A stretch of DNA of 64,000 nucleotides. It comes from Candidatus Binatia bacterium (lineage in GTDB: Bacteria > Desulfobacterota > Binatia > HRBIN30). The stretch's first letter is position 1; each line of letters starts with the position of its first letter. Where the stretch lies: the NCBI GenBank assembly GCA_038245295.1, contig JBBRSP010000017.1, positions 50,144 through 114,143 of the forward strand. The letters are read 5' to 3'. Below the pieces are notes generated by a model. That model had not been told where the DNA came from and made no database searches. It was given only the letters and a program-made list of their open reading frames with translations. A program made the position numbers and the translations under genes. Below are positions 9,397 to 16,938 of the stretch, in pieces.

Positions 9397-11076
9397 ATGT
9401 CATCGCTGTTGACCCTCATCGGCAAGGACTTGCGCTTGCTCGGGCGTGACCGAGCCGCGCTGGTGTTCATTCTGCTGGCGCCGCTGATCGTAATCTGTGT
9501 GGCGGGCTTGTCTCTGGCCAACCTCTATGGCGCCGACCCGACCGGGCAAACGGCCTACGACTTGCCCCTGTTCGATGAGGACGGCAGTCGCCTATCGCAA
9601 GAGATTCGTGAACGCCTGGCGCAGGAGCCGGCGGTGCGTCTGCGCGACGTCGGCAGCCGCGCCGAAGCGCAAGAACTGGTGCGCGACAAACAGGCCGGCT
9701 CAGCGCTCATCATTCCGCGCGGCACGGCGGCAGCGTTGACCGCCGGCGCAGGCGCCAAGATCATCCTGTTCAACGATCCGGTGAAGTATCTGGAACGCAT
9801 CAATCTGCGGACTCGGATTCTCGAACTGCGTGATGCGATCAGTACGGAGCAGGGCGCCGCTGTGCGACAGGGGGCCGCGGCGGAACGAGCCAAGGCCGAA
9901 GAGAAGATTGCCGCCTTCAAGGCGGTCGTGGTGAACCAGCGCGCCAAGCTCGAGGCGGCATGGAGTGAGGCGAGACGGATTCGTGCCGCGGTCTTGGAGG
10001 CAGCCCGACGTGATGCGGTGCAGGCGCGCGGCGAGGCGACTCGCGTGATCAAGAACGAGTGGCAGCAGCACTCGGCGCGTGTGCAGAAAGATGTTCAGAG
10101 CCAGGTCGAGCAACTGCGCCAGGAGTTTCGGGCGTATGTCGAAGCCTTGGCGACGGCGCGGCAGGGCTTTGAAGCATGGCTGGAAGATCTCAAGACGCGC
10201 GCCGGCAGCCATGCCAGCGACATCCCGCCGCCGCCGTCGTTTCCGGAGTTGCCTGTGTCGCTCAAGCAGATCGTTGACGGCAGTCGGGCTCCTGTGGAAC
10301 TGCGCCTGCCGGAGGTAGAGCTTGCGTTGCCGACCCCCAGAATGCCTGATCTGCCGGCGCTGCCGGACCTGCCTGAAATTGAGCTTCCGGAGATCGTTTT
10401 GCCGCCATTGCCGCCGGCGCCGTCGAGTCTCGAGATCGAAGTGGTCAGTCTCGCCGGCGTCCCAACCTACATCAATACCTTCGATCAGAACGTGCCCGGG
10501 TTCGCCGTGACCTTCCTGATGCTCGGTATGTTGCTGGGCATCTCGCTCGGACTCCTGGATGAACGTGAGTGGGGCACCATGCAGCGCGTGCGCGCGTTGC
10601 CGGTAGGGCCGTCGCAGTTCCTGTTGGCCAAACTATTGACGCGCTTCCTGGTGGGTGTGGGGCAGATGATCGTGCTGCTGACGATCGGTTGGCTCGCCTT
10701 CGGTGTGTCGCTCGGACCACAACCTGTGGCGCTGCTGTTGCCGATCGTCGGGATCGCATATGCCGGAACGGCCTTCGGCTTGATCGTCGCAGCCGTGGCA
10801 ACGAGTCGCGAGGCGGTCTTCTCGGTCGGATCGGTGGTGATGGTGACAATGTCCGCCGTCGGCGGTTGCTGGTGGCCGATCGACCTGGAACCGCGTTGGA
10901 TGCGCAGTGTCGCTCTGGCCTTTCCAACGACCTGGGCGATGGATGCCTTCAACGATCTCATGATCCGGCGGCGCACCATCGATGCGGCATATCTGCCGAC
11001 GGCGGTCATGCTCGCCTACGGCAGCCTCTACCTGCTGATTGGTCTGATGATCTTTCGCCGCCGCGCCGAGGGATGA
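9397..11076 (+). CDS. ABC-2 type permease with a long coiled-coil/Pro-rich extracytoplasmic insertion
   Basis: KDLRLLGRDRAAL N-terminus, EREWGTMQRVRALP, GGCWWPIDLEPRWM, about 6 TM helices. Confidence 0.88.
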   Translation: MSSLLTLIGKDLRLLGRDRAALVFILLAPLIVICVAGLSLANLYGADPTGQTAYDLPLFDEDGSRLSQEIRERLAQEPAVRLRDVGSRAEAQELVRDKQAGSALIIPRGTAAALTAGAGAKIILFNDPVKYLERINLRTRILELRDAISTEQGAAVRQGAAAERAKAEEKIAAFKAVVVNQRAKLEAAWSEARRIRAAVLEAARRDAVQARGEATRVIKNEWQQHSARVQKDVQSQVEQLRQEFRAYVEALATARQGFEAWLEDLKTRAGSHASDIPPPPSFPELPVSLKQIVDGSRAPVELRLPEVELALPTPRMPDLPALPDLPEIELPEIVLPPLPPAPSSLEIEVVSLAGVPTYINTFDQNVPGFAVTFLMLGMLLGISLGLLDEREWGTMQRVRALPVGPSQFLLAKLLTRFLVGVGQMIVLLTIGWLAFGVSLGPQPVALLLPIVGIAYAGTAFGLIVAAVATSREAVFSVGSVVMVTMSAVGGCWWPIDLEPRWMRSVALAFPTTWAMDAFNDLMIRRRTIDAAYLPTAVMLAYGSLYLLIGLMIFRRRAEG

Positions 11077-11116
11077 GTGGATCGATTGTGCGAGTCGCGG
11101 GTAGCCGCAGGCTTTA

Positions 11117-11263
11117 GAGGTTGGCGCAAAACTCGCTGAGCCGGCTTCGACAGGCTCATGGTTCGACGAGCTCACCATGGGAGGGTGTTTGGTTGATTCC
11201 GAAGGCAGTTTTCCGCTCGCCCTGATCTAGTCGAAGGGTGAGCGTAGGTTTTGAGATACCCTC
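11117..11263. mobile_element. MITE family B, degenerate copy in inverted orientation, inside a GTAG REP
   Basis: Ends gaggttggcgcaaaac/gttttgagataccctc; interior is the reverse complement of 51966-52099; flanks gtagccgcaggcttta | ttttgcctgcg. Confidence 0.7.
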
Positions 11264-11366
11264 TTTTGCCTGCGCTGTAGGTCAATTGTGCGAGAAAGGG
11301 GGGGCCCCGGCGGCGAGAGAAGGGCGATCGTTACCCGCCGCCGGGTTGTGTGTAGAGGTGAGGCGG

Positions 11367-12374
11367 CTACTCTACTCGAAGCTCTACACGACGGTTCTGG
11401 GCGCGGCCGTCATCGGTATCGTTCGAGGCAACCGGCTTTGATTCGCCGAAACCTTCGGTCTTGATCCGATCAGCTGGCAGGCCGCGCTTTACGAGGTAAT
11501 CACGAACCGCGCTAGCGCGGCGCTCGGAGAGTTTCTCATTGTACGAATCGGAGCCTTTGCTGTCGGTGTGGCCTTCGACGATTACCAGGACACCGCCTTC
11601 GGCTTTCAACGTCGCTGCCGCTTCGTCGAGAACGGGGGCAGCGTCTTTACGGATATTCGACTTGTCGAAATCAAAATGCACGCTGCGCAGCACCAGCTTC
11701 TTCTTGACGGGCGGCGCCGGGGCTGGGGCCGGAGCTTGTGCGACGACCGGAGCCGGAGCTGGACGCGGTGCTTCGGCCGGGCCGTTGAAGGCGTACTTCA
11801 CACCGATACCAACCGTGGCCCACTGGGCGTCGGCCGGACCCTGGTCGTCTTGCGCCTGGTTGGACAAGGTTGTCGGGCGTGGCGACATGTAGGTTCGATT
11901 CCAGCGCCCGAAGACACCCAGGGCGACCTGAGGTGTGATGTTGAAGTCGATACCACCGCCAACGGAGAAGCCTGGCGCCGTGTGGTTCAAGCGTCCGCTG
12001 AGCCCGGTGAAGGCACCACCCTGACCGGTTGCATAAATGTCGACCATCTCACCAAGCGGCACGGAAAGGCGCGGACCAATGGTCCCGCCAAGCATGGTGG
12101 TGGTTTGGTTCTCGTGGCTGAAGCCGCGGTGATCGTTGTCCGGCAGCTGCCCCGTAAAGTGCAGTTGGCCTTGCAGGCCGAGGTAGTCGTTGAACATGTA
12201 ACCCACATAAGGGTTGGCGGTCGCTCCCTCATGGACGTGGGCGCGGTAGTTCTTATTGGTCGGCAGCGACGCACCGAGGTCGATACCAACGAAAGCACCA
12301 TCCGCGTGAACGGTGGTGGCGGCCCAGAGCAGCAGCGGCGGAGTTACCAGCAGGAAGCGTTTACGCAGGTTCAT
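11367..12374 (-). CDS. ompA: OmpA-family outer membrane protein (beta-barrel, Pro-Ala linker, OmpA_C domain)
   Basis: Signal peptide, barrel strands, APAPAP linker, VHFDFDKS, EGHTDSKG, NRRVE; start chosen by GAGG spacing. Confidence 0.9.
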   Translation of the reverse strand: MNLRKRFLLVTPPLLLWAATTVHADGAFVGIDLGASLPTNKNYRAHVHEGATANPYVGYMFNDYLGLQGQLHFTGQLPDNDHRGFSHENQTTTMLGGTIGPRLSVPLGEMVDIYATGQGGAFTGLSGRLNHTAPGFSVGGGIDFNITPQVALGVFGRWNRTYMSPRPTTLSNQAQDDQGPADAQWATVGIGVKYAFNGPAEAPRPAPAPVVAQAPAPAPAPPVKKKLVLRSVHFDFDKSNIRKDAAPVLDEAAATLKAEGGVLVIVEGHTDSKGSDSYNEKLSERRASAVRDYLVKRGLPADRIKTEGFGESKPVASNDTDDGRAQNRRVELRVE

Positions 12375-12479
12375 TGTCATATCCTCTTTTCCGTTCATGG
12401 TGGCCCGGGCACTGGCGATCGGTTGATCGGTGAGCTGACCACGAGTCCTGTTATAGGTTGTCGGCCCTGCTCCATAAGC

Positions 12480-12506
12480 TCGGAGTACTACGCGCGTGGT
12501 TCTACG
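12480..12506 (-). promoter_or_regulatory. 27-bp operator-like motif, copy 4, upstream of ompA
   Basis: Minus strand CGTAG-AA-CCACG-CG-CGTAG-TA-CTCCGA, then TTATGG-16 nt-TATAAC. Confidence 0.7.
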
Positions 12507-12573
12507 TGCCGGGTTGGGTCGACGCAGGGCGTTTTGGGTAGGGTGAGACGTGTGTTGGGGCGACGCGTGTCGA

Positions 12574-13392
12574 TCAGCGGCCGGTGAGCTCGCGGCGTAG
12601 GCTGCGGGTCATCAGCCGCTCGTACAAAGCGGGTGCAAGGCGACTGAGCCACATGGTCGTCTTGCCGACCGCCGTGAGCACAACGAGATCGCGGCCGCGG
12701 CTTGCCGCGTCGAACACCGCGTCGGCCACACTGGCCGGCTCTGCCAGGCTGCCGACGGTCGACTGCGGGTGTCGCGTGACGCTGCCGTCGCCATCGAGCG
12801 CCGAAGTGCTGAGGCCGGTGCGGGTGAATCCGGGACAAACCAGCAGGACATCGACGCCCGTGTCGCGCAACTCGCCGCGCAGCGAACCGAACAGGCCCAT
12901 ACACGCGTGTTTACTGGCGGCATAGCCGGTGCGCCCATACAGGGGTGCGATGCCCGCGATGGAGCTGACGGTGACGATCAGGCCACGGCGCCGAGCCAGG
13001 CTCGGCAGGGCGGCCTTGGTGCAGTAGAGGGGACCAAAGAAGTTGACGTTCATCACCTTGCGGTAGACGGCGGTCGCGGTGTCGACGAAGGCGCTGCGGT
13101 GGGTGATGCCGGCGTTGTTGATCAGTACGTCGATGTCGCCGAAGCGTGCGACAATTCCAGCCATAACGCCGACGCACTGCGATTCGTCGGTGATGTCGCA
13201 CGGTAGCGCCAAATAGGGGACGCCGAGTTGGCGCAGCTCAGCGGCGACGGGCTCGAGCCGGTCCTCGCTGAGGTCCAAGAGTGCGACGTTGGCGCCGGCC
13301 TGGGCGAAGCGTCGACAGAGCGCCGAACCGATGCCGCCGGCGGCGCCGGTGACGACGACAGTGCTGCCGGCAAAGGTACGTCGGCGGCCCAT
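12574..13392 (-). CDS. Classical SDR oxidoreductase
   Basis: TGAAGGIG, NNAG, YAASK. Confidence 0.92.
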   Translation of the reverse strand: MGRRRTFAGSTVVVTGAAGGIGSALCRRFAQAGANVALLDLSEDRLEPVAAELRQLGVPYLALPCDITDESQCVGVMAGIVARFGDIDVLINNAGITHRSAFVDTATAVYRKVMNVNFFGPLYCTKAALPSLARRRGLIVTVSSIAGIAPLYGRTGYAASKHACMGLFGSLRGELRDTGVDVLLVCPGFTRTGLSTSALDGDGSVTRHPQSTVGSLAEPASVADAVFDAASRGRDLVVLTAVGKTTMWLSRLAPALYERLMTRSLRRELTGR

Positions 13393-14360
13393 CAGCGATG
13401 CGCCTCCACGTACGTGTCAAACACCTCCGACGTCGTCTTACGTGGCACGAAGCCGAACTCTTCCTTGAGGCGTCGGTTGGCGAGGACAGGGCGATATCGC
13501 AAGAAGCCAACCTGTTCCGGGCCATACCGCGTCAGGTGTAGCCGTTTGAGCAGTCCGAGCACGGCGATGACGATCGCCGGAGGCAAGGAGACGTACGGCT
13601 TGCACAAACGCTCGGCCATCTCGCGCAGCGTGATGGCCCCGTCGGCGGCCAAATTGAAGATACCGCGGCCGCCGACATGGATGCCGCGCAGGATGGCGGC
13701 GACCACATCCTGATCCCAAATGAGGACGAATGGTGTCGTGGCGCCGCCGATTCCAAGCACGTACGGATGATTGAACATGGCGGTGATCTGGTTGTCGGCG
13801 CGCGCCCCGAGGATGGTGCCGGGGCGGAATACAAGTTGCTCGAGCTCGGGATGGTTCTTGCGCCACTCGGCGAGCACTTCTTCGACCAGGCGTTTGTGAT
13901 CGGAGTAGGCAAACTCGGGGTTGCCACGTAGCTCGTCGCTCTCATCGAGGCACTCGGGATTGTCGGCGTAATAACCATAGGCGGCACCGCTACTCGTATA
14001 GACCAGCTTTCTTACATGCGCGGCGAGGCAGGCGCGCAGCACGTTGCCGGTGCCGATTACATCGACTTTGTACTCGTGATCGCGGCCCATGTTCGGATCA
14101 GGTGTGACGATGGCCGCCAGGTGAACGACGAGATCGACAGCGTAGTGGCCGAACAAGGCCGCGAGATCGTCTTCGCAGATGTCGGCGACGACATATTCGA
14201 CGCCGCTTAGACGCTGCGCCGCCGGCACGGGTCGGATGTCGGCGGCGACGATTGTCTTGACGGCACGGCGATCGCCCGCCAGTGCCTCGATGAGTTGGCG
14301 GCCGATGTAGCCGCCGGCACCGGTGACAAGGACGGAATGATACGGGTCTTCGACAGCCAT
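13392..14360 (-). CDS. Extended SDR / NAD-dependent epimerase-dehydratase
   Basis: TGAGGYIG, VVHLAA, TSSGAAYG, YSDHK. Confidence 0.9.
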   Translation of the reverse strand: MAVEDPYHSVLVTGAGGYIGRQLIEALAGDRRAVKTIVAADIRPVPAAQRLSGVEYVVADICEDDLAALFGHYAVDLVVHLAAIVTPDPNMGRDHEYKVDVIGTGNVLRACLAAHVRKLVYTSSGAAYGYYADNPECLDESDELRGNPEFAYSDHKRLVEEVLAEWRKNHPELEQLVFRPGTILGARADNQITAMFNHPYVLGIGGATTPFVLIWDQDVVAAILRGIHVGGRGIFNLAADGAITLREMAERLCKPYVSLPPAIVIAVLGLLKRLHLTRYGPEQVGFLRYRPVLANRRLKEEFGFVPRKTTSEVFDTYVEAHR

Positions 14361-14378
14361 CGTCGGGCTCCTTTTCTA

Positions 14379-16130
14379 TTACTCGCCGGCCGGCTCCTGA
14401 TGCATGTCCTTGAACGACTGCAGTCCTGGCGCAAACAGATGCGCTGTTGGCTCGACGTCGACGTGAATGACGCTGCACCGCTTCTCCGCCAGGCAACGCC
14501 GCAGCGCTGGTTCGAGCTCGTCCGGGTCAGACACCCGTTCGCCATACGCGCCCATCGAGTCGGCGAGGCGATCCCAGGCGATCTCTCCCAGATCGGTGTT
14601 GATCGTGCGGCTGCGATCCGGCCCGAGAGCGTGCTCGAACATGTCCTTGAAGGGCTCCAAGGCAAACATCTGATTGATCTTCACCATGCCCCACTGACGA
14701 TCGACGCAAACCAGGAAGATCACCGGCAGGTTGTGGCGTACGGCAGTCTCGATCTCCTGCATATGGAAGCCCATCGCCCCATCGCCGATCAGGCAGTAGA
14801 CCTGAGTGCCTGGCCGAGCGACGGCGGCGCCGAGAGCTTGACCAATACCGGCGCCAAGATGGCCGAAGTGAGATGTTGAGAGCTGGGTGTTGGGTCGGCG
14901 CAGCTCGGTGAAAGACTGGCCCCAGACGGCGGTGTTGCCGCCGTCGAAGACTACGACGGCGTCGTCGGCGAAGACGCTGCGGCAGATCGTCGGCACGTGC
15001 CCGGTGATCATCGGTGCCGTGCGGTTGTCGAGGGCGGCATTGAGCTCGAGGCGGTGTGCCGCCTTGAGAATTGCGAGTTGCTCAACCAGCGCCCGGCGTG
15101 CGGCGGGCGCCGGCGAACCGCCGCGCAGCTTGGCGGCGAGTGCGGCGAGGAAGGTCCGCGCGTCGCTGACGATGGCGAGGTCGACTGGGCGGTTGTGGCC
15201 GAGTTGCTGTTCGTCGACGTCGACCTGGATCCATTGTTGTTTGCTGGGCGGTGCCCAGTATGGGACCTTACCCCACCAGTCGGTTTCACCAACCTCGCAG
15301 CCGAGGCAGAGGACCACGTCGGCCTCGTTGTGCAGGCGGGTGCAGGCATCCATGTGCACCATCGGCCAGGCCAAGGCGGAAGTCTCGGCAATGGCGCCGC
15401 GGGCACTCCATGAGGTGGTTACGGGTGCGCCCAGCAACTCGGCGACCTCCAACAGTTCGGCGGAAGCGGTGGCGTGTAGAATACCGCCGCCGGCGTGCAA
15501 AATCGGCAGGCGTGCCTTGGTGAGCATCGTCGCCGCGGCGTCGACCAGGGTGGCACTGGGTGCCGGTGGTTCGAGGCAACGGTATTGGTGCGGGTCGAGC
15601 AGCGGCGCCGTCGCGCATCGGCTGTTGATGATGTCTTCCGGAATGTCCAAGTGCACAACCCCTGGTCGGCCGATGAAGGAGACGCGCAAGGCTTCACGTA
15701 GCAACTCGGGCAGACGGTCAACCGACGGCACGGCGCGCGACCACTTGCTGATGGCACCGACGGCACGCACCTGGTCGAAAGATTGATAGCCGCCGCCGCG
15801 ATCCGGGTAGACGATGCCGTGACGTCGACAGCTGGTGAGCAAGAGGACACGGTTGCCTTCGCCATTCTCGACGGCGATACCGGAGAGCATGTTGGCGACA
15901 CCCGGGCCGTTGCTGGCGATGCAGACGCCGAGTTTGCCCGTCAGCCGCGCGTAGGCGCCGGCCATGTGGGCGGCCACGGATTCGTGCCGCGGCGAGATCA
16001 TCTTCATGCCGAGCTCGACACAGTGAGCGAACAGCTGCAGATAGGTCCCGTCGATGATGCCGAAGAAGTTCTCGACTCCTTCGCGCTGCAGCATCGCCGC
16101 GATGATGGCTCCACCGGTCGTCTCCGCCAT
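14379..16130 (-). CDS. Thiamine-diphosphate-dependent enzyme (acetolactate synthase / acyl-CoA lyase superfamily)
   Basis: RHESVAAHMA catalytic Glu, GPGVAN, GRPGVVHLDIPED, GDGAMGF ThDP motif. Confidence 0.9.
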   Translation of the reverse strand: MAETTGGAIIAAMLQREGVENFFGIIDGTYLQLFAHCVELGMKMISPRHESVAAHMAGAYARLTGKLGVCIASNGPGVANMLSGIAVENGEGNRVLLLTSCRRHGIVYPDRGGGYQSFDQVRAVGAISKWSRAVPSVDRLPELLREALRVSFIGRPGVVHLDIPEDIINSRCATAPLLDPHQYRCLEPPAPSATLVDAAATMLTKARLPILHAGGGILHATASAELLEVAELLGAPVTTSWSARGAIAETSALAWPMVHMDACTRLHNEADVVLCLGCEVGETDWWGKVPYWAPPSKQQWIQVDVDEQQLGHNRPVDLAIVSDARTFLAALAAKLRGGSPAPAARRALVEQLAILKAAHRLELNAALDNRTAPMITGHVPTICRSVFADDAVVVFDGGNTAVWGQSFTELRRPNTQLSTSHFGHLGAGIGQALGAAVARPGTQVYCLIGDGAMGFHMQEIETAVRHNLPVIFLVCVDRQWGMVKINQMFALEPFKDMFEHALGPDRSRTINTDLGEIAWDRLADSMGAYGERVSDPDELEPALRRCLAEKRCSVIHVDVEPTAHLFAPGLQSFKDMHQEPAGE

Positions 16131-16407
16131 GCGATAGTCTCCTCGCCAGGAAGCTTATGCAGCGACCACGCCAGACGAAGTGGACTCCTAGGACTTCATC
16201 TGCACCGCCGGCGGATTCTCAGATGTAAGAAGGCGGGGAGGGCGATTCCTGGATGAGCGGTTTCGAGATGGCCCGACCTCGCACACCGCCACCCCTCGTG
16301 TCGCCATCGCCCACTACGCGCCATAGGCGGTCTCCACTCTTGGCGCATGCGGATGTTCATTGGACCAGGCGTTGTGCGTCGGCCCCGGAGTTGGTGTAGA
16401 GGAGGCT

Positions 16408-16890
16408 ATGATTAGCGTTGAGGACTTGACCGTCATCCTGCCGCGCGTCTTGAGCGCACTGTTCGTTGGTGTGGCGCTCGGACTCAATCGGGATCTGCAC
16501 AACAAGTCGGCTGGCGTCCGCACCCACGCGCTCGTCACGTTGGGCGCGGCGTTCGCCGTTCTGGCGCTCGTCGACCCGCATGCTGCTTCCGGGTATCCCG
16601 TTCCCGATTCCATCAGCCGCGTCGTGCAAGGCGTCGTCACCGGAGTTGGGTTCCTTGGTGCGGGAGTCATCCTGCGTGACCCGGAAGGACACGTCTATGG
16701 ACTGACCACAGCCGCAACGATCTGGGTGGCGGCGACGCTCGGGATGCTGTGCGGCCTTGGCCACTGGCCTCTGGTCGCCAGTGGAACCGTGCTCGTGTTA
16801 CTCGTGCTCATCCTGGGGGGGCCCTTCGAGCATTGGGTCGAGCGGATCATCAAGGGGAAGAAGAAGCCGCACCCCGTCGCACCGCGTTGA
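16408..16890 (+). CDS. MgtC/SapB family membrane protein
   Basis: AGVRTHALV, SRVVQGVVTGVGFLGAGVI, GLTTAATIW; GGAGG RBS. Confidence 0.92.
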   Translation: MISVEDLTVILPRVLSALFVGVALGLNRDLHNKSAGVRTHALVTLGAAFAVLALVDPHAASGYPVPDSISRVVQGVVTGVGFLGAGVILRDPEGHVYGLTTAATIWVAATLGMLCGLGHWPLVASGTVLVLLVLILGGPFEHWVERIIKGKKKPHPVAPR

Positions 16891-16938
16891 GCGGTCCCCC
16901 CCGCGCCAAGGCGCGAGAGGGAGACAACTCTCTACCGT

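Noticed and set aside
14379..16130. Gene symbol ilvB
   Set aside because: Motif deviations and lack of ilv context; only the superfamily can be supported
16306..16330. Possible fifth operator copy upstream of mgtC (ctacgcgccatagg)
   Set aside because: Only a partial match and the dyad structure is not preserved
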